Shown: positions 10,148 through 19,174 of the stretch, one piece after another
Numbering within the stretch: the stretch's first letter is position 1
Layout of the letters: every line of letters starts with the position of its first letter
DNA from: Lachnospiraceae bacterium
Lineage (GTDB): Bacteria > Bacillota > Clostridia > Lachnospirales > Lachnospiraceae
NCBI GenBank assembly: GCA_015057585.1
Contig: SVEF01000013.1
Span: 27,054-91,053, forward strand
Length of the DNA: 64,000 nucleotides
Reading direction: 5' to 3'
Position numbers and translations under genes: made by a program
The notes under the pieces: model-generated
Told to the model about the DNA's origin: nothing
Database searches by the model: none
What the model saw: only the letters and a program-made list of their open reading frames with translations

Positions 10148-11246
10148 GTGGTGCATGGATTGCAGTCAGATGTTTTTACATACAGGACGGCTTTTGCTCC
10201 GTGGAAAAGAGACCTGGATTTTACTTTTGGCCGGCATGTGTATTCTCTGCGTCATGTTAACAGGCATGGATGAGGTAAAAGTAGAAAAAAGCCAAGTGGC
10301 GGTCGGTGTGACGGATGAAGACGGCACGGACTATTCTGCCCGCGTAATCTCACGTCTTCAGAAACTGGATGGGTACGAAGTGATTACCGGGGAACGTGAA
10401 GACTTAAAGGAGCAACTGGCGGAAGGGCGACTTTCAGCTGTCTGTGTCCTGAGAGAAGGCTATCAGGAAAAGATTTTAGCAGGGGAAAAGGATGATTTGG
10501 TTCTTTTGTATGAAACAGAAGAGAGAACGCTTTTACTTTCCGATGTTCTGGCGGGAGCCATGATACCGGAAATCTGTGGTTCCAAAGGATATCTTTTATT
10601 TCGGGAATATCTTCTTGCAAGAGGAGATATGGTCACAGAAACACCGGAGGAATATGCGGCGTGGGCGCAGGTGTATTTTTCGGATGACATGTTTAACTTT
10701 GCTTTCGATGTGGAATATTTATCAGCAACGGGAGAAATAGGACAGAAGCCGGGGAATGAAGTGATTTACCAGCAGGCGATTTTTGCAATTTTTGCTCTTA
10801 TGTCAGGAATGTTTGCGGTCTATGCCTGTATGCCGTATCACAGGTTGTTGCACGGACGTATGGCAGGAAAGATGAAAACGCTGCCGCTGGTTAAAGGCGC
10901 GGCGGCGATAGGAAACGGCTTAGCGGTTCTTTGCCTGACCGGGGGATTTGCAGTGTTGTTTTTATCTGTTTTTGTGATAAGAAACGGAAGGGGATTTACC
11001 GATTTTTCGGCATTCCTTGTTTGCACTTTGCAGTATCTGTGTGTTATAGTATGTATTATGCTTTTGTGTGCGAGGGGTATTCCTTCGCGGCAGGGGTATC
11101 AGGTCGGAATGATGGCAGTGGTACTTCTTTTGGGCGCCTTTGGTGTGGTTAGTATCGCGGAAGGGCTGCTGATTCCGGAAGGAATGGGCACATGTATACC
11201 GAATGCACGTTATGTCCGACAAATGATGGAATTATATCAGAACTAA
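10140..11246 (+). CDS. ABC-2-type transporter permease-like membrane protein (paralog 2)
   Basis: Same architecture (VAVGVTDEDGTDY...). ATG at 10140 overlaps the upstream stop by 8 nt, with a GGGGGAGG RBS. No ATPase gene is adjacent. Confidence 0.55.
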   Translation: MRKWCMDCSQMFLHTGRLLLRGKETWILLLAGMCILCVMLTGMDEVKVEKSQVAVGVTDEDGTDYSARVISRLQKLDGYEVITGEREDLKEQLAEGRLSAVCVLREGYQEKILAGEKDDLVLLYETEERTLLLSDVLAGAMIPEICGSKGYLLFREYLLARGDMVTETPEEYAAWAQVYFSDDMFNFAFDVEYLSATGEIGQKPGNEVIYQQAIFAIFALMSGMFAVYACMPYHRLLHGRMAGKMKTLPLVKGAAAIGNGLAVLCLTGGFAVLFLSVFVIRNGRGFTDFSAFLVCTLQYLCVIVCIMLLCARGIPSRQGYQVGMMAVVLLLGAFGVVSIAEGLLIPEGMGTCIPNARYVRQMMELYQN

Positions 11247-11265
11247 TAGAAATGAGGATAAAAGG

Positions 11266-12645
11266 ATGGAAAAGACAAATAAGCAGCTGGCTTCCGATAT
11301 TAAGGCAATGCGGGCACCGGAGGTAGCCCTGCCGGAGCTCATGAGCCGTATGGCGTCTGCCTACGGACTGCTTTCTTTTTATAATCTCGCCATGGAGTTT
11401 TCCATGTTTGCGGAATCAAAGGAGGAAGGAAGAATCCGTCCGGACAAGCCGATGACAGAGCTTGAGGATACACTGCGCCGGATAATACAGGAAACGCTGC
11501 TCGCACCGTTTTCACCGGAGGGATATGAACAGGCAATTTTAGAGCTTTCGACTCTCCGCGACAAGGTGATTGCTCGGATGGAGATGCTGACGGCATATAC
11601 GGATTTGTTTATTTTATATGAATATGTGATGAACCGCTTAGAGGCGGTGTTTGAAGAGGCGGAGACGGAGATAATGGATTCTGATGCGGTAGCAAGGGAA
11701 ATCCTGCAGTGGATTTTTTCGGAATCCGAGCCGGCTGCGACAAACGGCAGAATCAGGATGATGCTGTCGTGTCTTCCGGTCCGTATGACAAAGGCAAAAT
11801 TCCTGGAACTCGTAGAGAATGCATTTTCTGTCTATGAGACCTCGGATGCAGGCTCGGTGGCTACCTTTGATTACATGCTCCGTTCTGCCGCAGGTATGTA
11901 TGCGCCAAAGGGAATGGCAAAGACCTACGGTAAACTGGACAAGGTGAAAAAGCTATTTGAAGGAAAGTCGCTTTCGGAGCTGACAAAGGAGGAATATACC
12001 GAACGCAAAGAGGCACTGGCAAAGGGAACGGAATACATTTTAAATGCAACGGAGTGCCTGTCGGCACTTCAGGCAACGGCAAATGCACTTTTGACAGTGC
12101 TGCTGACCAGACAGTATTTTACCCTGTCTGCCGAAAAGGTGGCAAAGCGTCCGGCGGATATTCTCACATCCATGATAGAGGGCGGCGAGGTACATGCCGA
12201 GGCATTGTTTGAAGGAATTGAGATGGATATGGAACGCCTGTCAGAGGAGGTAACGGTATTGGAACCTCTGATGAATCTTGTCAGCGAAAGCATGACAGGA
12301 CAGGTGGAAGGGCTGATGTTATCGACCGTGTACCACCGTATTCTTGTGGCACAGCGCTTGAATTCGGGTAGTGCCTATGCTTCTCTGACCGATGAAACGG
12401 AAAAAGAAAAGGCAGTTTCCGCGTCCAAGGTAAAGCAGGCCTTTTTAGAGGATATAAAGAAAGTGCTGGAGGACGGTTCCAGAGTACGGAACCGTGCCGT
12501 GATGGCTGAGGTATTAAAGGAGCTTCCGGTGTATTTTAACAATCATACGGAAGTGATGAATTATGTCAGAAATTCACTGGATTCCTGCAGGGATGAAGGC
12601 GAAAAGAAGATTTGTGTGGATTTACTGAGAAGTTATTATGAGTAG
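11266..12645 (+). CDS. Hypothetical all-alpha cytoplasmic protein
   Basis: Long ORF with an AAAGGA RBS. No recognisable motif. Confidence 0.45.
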   Translation: MEKTNKQLASDIKAMRAPEVALPELMSRMASAYGLLSFYNLAMEFSMFAESKEEGRIRPDKPMTELEDTLRRIIQETLLAPFSPEGYEQAILELSTLRDKVIARMEMLTAYTDLFILYEYVMNRLEAVFEEAETEIMDSDAVAREILQWIFSESEPAATNGRIRMMLSCLPVRMTKAKFLELVENAFSVYETSDAGSVATFDYMLRSAAGMYAPKGMAKTYGKLDKVKKLFEGKSLSELTKEEYTERKEALAKGTEYILNATECLSALQATANALLTVLLTRQYFTLSAEKVAKRPADILTSMIEGGEVHAEALFEGIEMDMERLSEEVTVLEPLMNLVSESMTGQVEGLMLSTVYHRILVAQRLNSGSAYASLTDETEKEKAVSASKVKQAFLEDIKKVLEDGSRVRNRAVMAEVLKELPVYFNNHTEVMNYVRNSLDSCRDEGEKKICVDLLRSYYE

Positions 12646-12710
12646 TGCCGGGCAGTGCTTTACTTCTTTGTAAAAGTCTGATAAGATAAGAAAGCGAAAG
12701 GAAGAGATTC

Positions 12711-13025
12711 ATGCTGGTCTGGTCGGAAAAGCTGTACATAAGTGAATCACTGCAAAGGAAAAGCGAGGCAATCAAAAAAAAGCTGTCCCGCAGGTTTTTT
12801 CTGCCCGATGTCTTTTTGATTACCGCACCGACCAACGAAGCCAATGTATTTGATGTCTTTGAAGCAAAGGAACTGAGATTTCCGTATCACAGGAAAAGAG
12901 AAATCGTAGTTTACGGATTGGCAAAGGATAAGGCAGAGGCGCTTTCGCTGGTGACAACAATGTTGGAAGAGATGTATCGTAAGACAGGGAACTTTTCCGG
13001 TAAGGAGTATTTTTCAGAGGTATGA
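12711..13025 (+). CDS. Hypothetical small protein
   Basis: ORF with a GGAAGAG RBS, overlapping the next gene by 4 nt. Confidence 0.4.
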   Translation: MLVWSEKLYISESLQRKSEAIKKKLSRRFFLPDVFLITAPTNEANVFDVFEAKELRFPYHRKREIVVYGLAKDKAEALSLVTTMLEEMYRKTGNFSGKEYFSEV

Positions 13026-13828
13026 TACAGGTATTGCTGCTTATTTTAAAAATTATAGGGATAGTGCTTGCAATACTGCTTATCACGGTGCTTGCATTGC
13101 TGGTTATCGTATTATTTGTTCCGGTCTTTTATAAGGTGAAGGTAAAGTATCTTCCGGACAGAAAGGAATGTATCGGAAGGGCAGGCTTTTTGTCTCCGCT
13201 TGTGGTATTTAAGTTCCGGTATTTTGAAAAGGAGTTTTCCTATCGAGGAAGAGCACTCTGGTATGTTTTTGCCGACTCTGGTAAAAATAAGGAGGAAACG
13301 CCGGAGACAGAAACGGAAAAGCCGGAGCAGGAGGAGGCGCCGGACGAAGAGGTCGGGGAAATTCTTGAAAAAATCAAACCGTTTTCTCCGGAAAAGAAAC
13401 CGAAGAAGCCGAAGAAGACAAAGCCCGGTTTTCTCGAAAAGGTCAAGCGTCTGTTCCGTCAGAAGGACGAGGCGTTACGGATTCTTTCAAAGGAAGAGAG
13501 CAAACAGGCGATTTCCTTTGCCTGGGGTAAATTAAAGAAAACGCTGCGTCATATCCTTCCGCGGAAGGTAAAGGGGTACCTTATTTATGGCAGCGGGGAC
13601 CCGGCGACTACAGGTCAGGTATTGGGACTCATCAGTGTGCTGTATGCAGCGATGGGACCGGTGCTTAAAATAGTTCCGGATTTTGAAAACAAACGTCTGG
13701 AATGCGATTTGGAATTTAAGGGAAGACTGCAGGTATTCACACTGCTTGTCATTCTCATAAAGGTATATTTTCATAAAGAATTAAAACAACTGATTGCCGA
13801 ATTAAAAGGAATCGGGGAAATAGAGTAG
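13022..13828 (+). CDS. DUF2953/YtfI-like sporulation membrane protein
   Basis: N-terminal TM helix, a KE/P-rich middle region, and a position directly upstream of the ytfJ homolog, matching the ytfI-ytfJ arrangement in Bacillus. Confidence 0.5.
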   Translation: MIQVLLLILKIIGIVLAILLITVLALLVIVLFVPVFYKVKVKYLPDRKECIGRAGFLSPLVVFKFRYFEKEFSYRGRALWYVFADSGKNKEETPETETEKPEQEEAPDEEVGEILEKIKPFSPEKKPKKPKKTKPGFLEKVKRLFRQKDEALRILSKEESKQAISFAWGKLKKTLRHILPRKVKGYLIYGSGDPATTGQVLGLISVLYAAMGPVLKIVPDFENKRLECDLEFKGRLQVFTLLVILIKVYFHKELKQLIAELKGIGEIE

Positions 13829-13842
13829 AGGAGGAAGCTGAT

Positions 13843-14235
13843 ATGGCAGATAACAAATTTGACAGTACGGTAGAAGCATTATTTAGAGGAATGGATGGCT
13901 TTTTGTCCACAAAGACAGTAGTGGGAGATGCGGTGAAATTTGATGACGGCACCATTATTCTTCCTCTTGTAGATGTTTCCTTTGGTGTCGGTGCGGGTGC
14001 ATGGGCAAAGGAAGCAGGCGGTGCGAGCACCGGCGGCGGTCTTGGCGGAAAGATTACACCGAGCTCCGTTGTGGTATTAAAGGACGGCCATGCAAAGCTT
14101 GTCAATGTAAAGAACCAGGATGCGGTGACGAAGGTGCTTGATATGGTGCCGGATTTGATTGACCGGTTCACAAATAAGTCCGGTCAGAAGGAGATGCAGC
14201 AGAAGGTTGACAGCGTTGTAGAAGACATGGAATAA
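13843..14235 (+). CDS. ytfJ: Sporulation protein YtfJ/GerW family
   Basis: VVGDAVKFDDGTIILPL...GGGLGGKITP...KDGHAKLV matches the conserved YtfJ pattern. GAGGAGG RBS. Confidence 0.7.
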   Translation: MADNKFDSTVEALFRGMDGFLSTKTVVGDAVKFDDGTIILPLVDVSFGVGAGAWAKEAGGASTGGGLGGKITPSSVVVLKDGHAKLVNVKNQDAVTKVLDMVPDLIDRFTNKSGQKEMQQKVDSVVEDME

Positions 14236-14346
14236 AAGAAGGAAAAATTTATTAAATATTTTTCTTGCATTATTTGATGTTTTCTGTTAGAATAATCATG
14301 TTTGTGGGCCATAGCCTTAAATTATTACCTAAGGAGGTGCAATAAA

Positions 14347-14544
14347 ATGGCTAAATGTGCAGTTTGTGATAAGGGTGCTTTATTCGGAAGAACCATCAGC
14401 ATTACCAGAAGCCAGGTTTCCGGTAGAGCAAATAAGATGTGGAAGTCCAACGTTAAGTCTGTCAGAGTAAAGACAGAAGGCGGTGCTAAGAAGATGTACG
14501 TATGTACAGCTTGCTTAAGATCCGGTAAAGTAGAGCGTGCGTAA
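14347..14544 (+). CDS. rpmB: 50S ribosomal protein L28
   Basis: MAKCAVCDKGALFGRTISITRSQVSGRANKMWKSNVKSVRV...YVCTACLRSGK. AAGGAGGTG RBS. The track ORF begins further upstream at 14302. Confidence 0.85.
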   Translation: MAKCAVCDKGALFGRTISITRSQVSGRANKMWKSNVKSVRVKTEGGAKKMYVCTACLRSGKVERA

Positions 14545-14610
14545 TTAAGGAAACACCTTAATTAAATCAGCAGCAGAATTTGAATTGAGCAAAAAGGCTT
14601 GATTGAAAAT

Positions 14611-14648
14611 GGGTGTCAGCATTGCTTGACACCCATTCTTTATTTTAC
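14611..14648 (+). terminator. Rho-independent terminator after rpmB
   Basis: Hairpin GGGTGTCA-gcattgct-TGACACCC followed by ATTCTTTATTTT. Confidence 0.7.
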
Positions 14649-14934
14649 TTACAAAACAGGTGATATCCGCATACCAGACAGAGCAGGATGATGCAGAGAG
14701 CGCAGAGTCCGTTTTTGATGAACAGCATGAGAATCATGCCGAAGGCAATCCAAAACAGACTGAATCCGATGAGGCGTTTCATGACGATGCTCCGATGGTG
14801 TGTTTGATACTAATATATGAGAAAATCAAATAAAATTTCAAAAAAGGTTCCATTTTTTGAAAGAACAAGGTATACTGTTTCTATAGTGCCCGTAATTTGG
14901 GTTGGATTCCAAAAAGCAGATTGGAGGTAAAACT

Positions 14935-15306
14935 ATGAATAGTGCGACAAGTGGAATGATGAATACAAACCTTGGAAATGTTCAGATTGATAACGATGTG
15001 ATTGCAAAATACGCAGGCTCTTCCGCGGTGGAATGTTTCGGTATTGTCGGTATGGCAGCCGTAAATGTAAAGGAAGGCTTTGCGAAATTATTAAAGAGAG
15101 AAAATATCAGACACGGTGTAGGAGTGACCGTATCTTCCGATAATAGAATTACGATTGACCTTCATGTGATTGTTTCCTACGGTGTCAGCATCTCTGCGGT
15201 TACGGATAATTTAATCAGTAACGTGAAATATAAAGTGGAAGAGTTCGCCGGGCTTTCGGTGGAACGCATCAATGTGTACGTAGAAGGCGTGCGCGTGATT
15301 GACTAG
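14935..15306 (+). CDS. Asp23/Gls24 (alkaline shock protein) family protein
   Basis: AVECFGIVGMA...ITIDLHVIVSYGVSI...VNVYVEGV. GGAGGT RBS. It sits in the yloU position upstream of yloV-recG. Confidence 0.75.
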   Translation: MNSATSGMMNTNLGNVQIDNDVIAKYAGSSAVECFGIVGMAAVNVKEGFAKLLKRENIRHGVGVTVSSDNRITIDLHVIVSYGVSISAVTDNLISNVKYKVEEFAGLSVERINVYVEGVRVID

Positions 15307-15336
15307 TCCGCAGGAAGAGAATAGGAGGAAAAATTC

Positions 15337-17022
15337 GTGGCGAATATTACAATAGATGCAAATATGCTATGCAAGGCATTTTTAGCCGGTGCAAAACGGT
15401 TGGATGCAAAAAAAGAATATATCAATGAACTGAATGTATTTCCGGTTCCGGATGGTGATACAGGTACCAATATGACCCTGACTATCATGGCAGCGGCAAA
15501 GGACGTCAGCGCGATGTCAAATCCAAAGATGAAGGATGTGGCAAAGGCGATTTCTTCCGGTTCCCTGCGTGGTGCCAGAGGAAACAGCGGTGTTATTTTA
15601 TCCCAGTTACTTCGCGGACTTTGTAAAGTAGTGGGAGAATATGAGGAAATTACCATTCCGGTTTTGGCAGAAGGCTTCCAGCGTGCGGTAGAAACGGCAT
15701 ATAAGGCAGTTATGAAGCCAAAGGAAGGTACGATTTTAACCGTGGCAAAGGGCGGTGCTGAGCGTGCTTCCCAGTTGGTTGGCGAGACAGAGGACATTGT
15801 TTATTTTGCGGAAGAAGTAATTAAGCATATGGAAGAAGTACTTGCTTATACTCCGGAATTACTTCCGGTATTAAAGGAAGCAGGCGTTGTGGACTCCGGC
15901 GGACAGGGACTTCTTGAAATTGTAAAGGGTGCTTTTGATGCACTTTGCGGAAAAGAAGTAGACTTTGATATTCCGGTAGAAAAGCCGGTGGTAAAAGCAG
16001 TCGGAGCGGCAGCAGATGATATTTCCACAGCAGATATTAAGTTTGGTTATTGTACAGAATTTATTATTATGCTGGAAAAAGAATACACGATGGATACAGA
16101 ACTTCAGTTCAAGGCGTATTTAGAGTCCATCGGTGACTCCATTGTTGTGGTGTCGGATGATGATATCGTAAAGGTGCATGTGCATACCAATGATCCGGGT
16201 CTGGCTATCCAGAGAGCGCTGACCTATGGCTCCCTGACCAGAATGAAGATTGACAACATGCGCGAAGAACACAACGAACGCGTAATTTCCGGTAGCAGTG
16301 AGGCGGCAGCGCCTGCACAGGTACAGGAAGAGGCTCCGGTAAAGAAGCCGGAAGAGCCTAGAAAGAAGGATGGTTTTGTTGCGGTATCCGTAGGTGCCGG
16401 TATCAATGAAATCTTCACGGCACTTGGTGCAGATTGCATTATCGAGGGCGGTCAGACGATGAACCCTAGTACGGAGGATGTGTTAAACGCGATTGAATCC
16501 GTAAATGCAGATAATGTTTACATCCTTCCGAACAATAAGAATATTATTTTGGCAGCAGAGCAGGCAAAGAGCCTGACGGAAGATAAAAATGTAGTGGTAA
16601 TTCCTTCTAAGACCGTGCCACAGGGGATTGCAGCCCTGATTAACTATGGTTATGACATGGACCCGGAAGCAAATGCAGAGCAGATGACGACGGAGATGAA
16701 GAAGGTAAAGACCGGTCAGGTAACGTATGCAGTGCGTGACACCAGTATTGATGGAATGGAAATCAAGCAGGGCAATATTATGGGGCTTGATGACAGTACC
16801 ATCCGTGCGGTAGGTGAAACGGTAGAGGATACGGCATATGAACTGTTGACTAACATGATGGATGAAAATTCGGAGCTGATTACTCTGTACTATGGTGAGG
16901 AAACAAGCGAAGAAGAAGCAGGTGCCCTTGCAACACGTATTACGGAGGCATATCCGGATGCAGAAGTAGAAGTGCATTCCGGAAATCAGCCGATTTATTA
17001 TTACATTATTTCTGTTGAATAA
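15337..17022 (+). CDS. yloV: DAK2-domain fusion protein YloV
   Basis: N-terminal Dak2-like domain (PDGDTGTNM) and a C-terminal DegV-like domain. GTG start with an AGGAGG RBS. Order is conserved with recG. Confidence 0.75.
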   Translation: MANITIDANMLCKAFLAGAKRLDAKKEYINELNVFPVPDGDTGTNMTLTIMAAAKDVSAMSNPKMKDVAKAISSGSLRGARGNSGVILSQLLRGLCKVVGEYEEITIPVLAEGFQRAVETAYKAVMKPKEGTILTVAKGGAERASQLVGETEDIVYFAEEVIKHMEEVLAYTPELLPVLKEAGVVDSGGQGLLEIVKGAFDALCGKEVDFDIPVEKPVVKAVGAAADDISTADIKFGYCTEFIIMLEKEYTMDTELQFKAYLESIGDSIVVVSDDDIVKVHVHTNDPGLAIQRALTYGSLTRMKIDNMREEHNERVISGSSEAAAPAQVQEEAPVKKPEEPRKKDGFVAVSVGAGINEIFTALGADCIIEGGQTMNPSTEDVLNAIESVNADNVYILPNNKNIILAAEQAKSLTEDKNVVVIPSKTVPQGIAALINYGYDMDPEANAEQMTTEMKKVKTGQVTYAVRDTSIDGMEIKQGNIMGLDDSTIRAVGETVEDTAYELLTNMMDENSELITLYYGEETSEEEAGALATRITEAYPDAEVEVHSGNQPIYYYIISVE

Positions 17023-17096
17023 ATACCAAAGGGTCTGTAGGTGAACACTTGCAGGCCTTTTTTGCATATGGGCAAACCGGGAAAGGAGAGAACGTC

Positions 17097-19142
17097 ATGC
17101 GACTGGGAGATTCTGTGGATTCCGTAAAGGGAATCGGGGAAAAGACAAGAGCGTTATTCGAAAAATTGGATATTAGTACAGTGGGGCAACTGTTGACCTG
17201 GTATCCGAGAGATTATGAGACGTTTCGGGAACCCGGAGCGATAGGAGCGTTAAAAGAGGGCGAAACAGGGGTCATAGAAGCTTCGGTTTCAAAAATTACG
17301 GAATCGAGGACAAAGAGCCGGATGACGGTGCTTTCCTGCGAAGCAAAGGACCCTTCCGGAACCATTCTTTTGACGTGGTTTAACCAGCCGTATTTGAAAA
17401 AAAGTCTCAGTATGGGATACCGGTATGTATTTCGCGGAAAAGTGACCAGAAAAAACGGGCGTCTCAGGATGGAACAGCCAAAGATTTATAAACGGGAAGA
17501 GTACCGGCAGTTACAAAATGTTTTGCAACCGGTATATTCCCTGACAAAAGGACTGACGAACAATCTGGTATCAAAGTCCATGAAGCAGGCATTGACATTA
17601 GCGGGTGAGTTGCCGGAGTATATCCCGGCAGAAATCAGAAAACAGTACGGAGTGGCAAAGCGAAAACATACTCTGGAGGAAATCCATTTTCCAAAGAGCA
17701 GGGAAACGATGTTAGAAGCACGAAAATCCCTGGTGTTTGAGGAGTTTTTTCTGTTTTCTGTATTTCTGAGGGAACTGGCAGGACAGAAGGACGAGAGAAT
17801 CAGTGATATTGTAATGGAAAAGGCAGAAGCGTGTACCGCTTTGATGGCTTCACTTCCATATGACCTGACCGGCGATCAAATGAAAGTTTGGAAAGAAATC
17901 GAAACTGATTTGACAGGCGGCAGACTGATGGTGCGCCTGGTACAGGGCGATGTAGGTTCGGGAAAGACAATTCTTGCTTTATTGGCTCTCTTGATGACGG
18001 TGAAGAATGGCTACCAGGGATGTCTTATGGTACCGACCGAAGTATTGGCAAAGCAGCATTATGAATCGGCAGTGAAGATGCTTGGAAACTACGGAGTACG
18101 TGTGACATTTTTAGTAGGCTCCATGACAGCAAAGGAAAAGAGAGTGGCCTACGAAAAAATGGCGGCACATGAGACAGATGTTGTCATCGGAACCCATGCA
18201 CTCATTCAGGAGAAAGCGGAGTATGCGAAACTCGGATTGGTTATTACGGATGAACAGCATCGGTTTGGTGTAAAACAACGGGAACGTCTGGCGGGAAAAG
18301 GCAGTCAGCCGCACATTCTTGTTATGAGTGCGACACCGATTCCGAGAACGCTTGCAATGATGTTATACGGGGATATGGACATTTCTGTGATTAAGGAACT
18401 TCCTGCGGAACGTCTTCCGATCAAGAACTGTGTTGTAGGCACAGAATACAGGGAAACGGCTTACCGTTTTATCGAAAAAGAAGTGGCGGCGGGCCGACAG
18501 GCCTATATTATCTGTGCGATGGTAGAAGAGAGCGAGACATCGGAGCTGGAAAATGTTGTGGACTATACGGAACAGCTGAAGGAACGGTTTGGCGGACGGA
18601 TTTCGGTAGCAGCACTTCACGGTAAGATGAAGCCGGAAGAAAAGAATGAAATTATGGAACGTTTTGCATGTGGGGACATACAGGTGTTGGTTTCCACGAC
18701 CGTAGTTGAAGTGGGAGTCAATGTGCCGAATGCTACGGTGATGATGGTAGAAAATGCGGAGCGGTTCGGACTGGCACAGCTGCATCAGCTGCGCGGCCGT
18801 GTCGGACGAGGCGGGCATCAGTCCTATTGTATTATTGTCAGCAGTGTGACGGATGAGGATACAATGGAGCGTCTGAATATTTTAAAAAATTCCAATGACG
18901 GATTCTTTATAGCGTCGGAAGATCTGCGTCTCAGGGGACCGGGAGATTTGTTCGGAATCCGGCAAAGCGGTGATATGTCTTTTAAAATTGGTGACATTTA
19001 TCAGGATGCAGAACTGTTAAAGGAAGCAAATGAGGCAGTAAATGCCCTGACGGCGGCAAAGCGGGCAGAAATAATGGAGTCAATGTGCCAAAATGGTGCA
19101 AAAGAGGTCTTTATTTTTTTAGACGCTTATAGTACAATCTGA
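17097..19142 (+). CDS. recG: ATP-dependent DNA helicase RecG
   Basis: Wedge domain plus helicase motifs GSGKT, DEQHRFG, SATPIPRT and QLRGRVGRG. The ATG at 17097 has a GGAAAGGAGAG RBS; the track ORF begins at 17049. Confidence 0.9.
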   Translation: MRLGDSVDSVKGIGEKTRALFEKLDISTVGQLLTWYPRDYETFREPGAIGALKEGETGVIEASVSKITESRTKSRMTVLSCEAKDPSGTILLTWFNQPYLKKSLSMGYRYVFRGKVTRKNGRLRMEQPKIYKREEYRQLQNVLQPVYSLTKGLTNNLVSKSMKQALTLAGELPEYIPAEIRKQYGVAKRKHTLEEIHFPKSRETMLEARKSLVFEEFFLFSVFLRELAGQKDERISDIVMEKAEACTALMASLPYDLTGDQMKVWKEIETDLTGGRLMVRLVQGDVGSGKTILALLALLMTVKNGYQGCLMVPTEVLAKQHYESAVKMLGNYGVRVTFLVGSMTAKEKRVAYEKMAAHETDVVIGTHALIQEKAEYAKLGLVITDEQHRFGVKQRERLAGKGSQPHILVMSATPIPRTLAMMLYGDMDISVIKELPAERLPIKNCVVGTEYRETAYRFIEKEVAAGRQAYIICAMVEESETSELENVVDYTEQLKERFGGRISVAALHGKMKPEEKNEIMERFACGDIQVLVSTTVVEVGVNVPNATVMMVENAERFGLAQLHQLRGRVGRGGHQSYCIIVSSVTDEDTMERLNILKNSNDGFFIASEDLRLRGPGDLFGIRQSGDMSFKIGDIYQDAELLKEANEAVNALTAAKRAEIMESMCQNGAKEVFIFLDAYSTI

Positions 19143-19174
19143 TTAGGTATGCTTTTTAGAAGGGAGAGTTTGCC

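Noticed and set aside
13200-13535. Arg/Lys-rich 111-aa ORF overlapping the DUF2953-like gene
   Set aside because: It is an alternate frame of the KE/P-rich linker region of the 13022..13828 gene. Its composition (RRRRQKRKSRSRRRRR) is an artefact of reading GAAGAAG repeats out of frame.
14560-14935. Possible small ORFs or RNA between rpmB and the Asp23 gene
   Set aside because: The only ORFs are short and lack RBSs. The region holds the rpmB terminator and an AT-rich promoter region for the Asp23-yloV-recG block. No convincing structured element is visible.
16483-17067. 194-aa minus-strand ORF overlapping the 3' end of yloV
   Set aside because: It is antisense to a strongly supported, conserved gene (YloV). 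It has Cys/Arg-rich low-complexity composition and no RBS.
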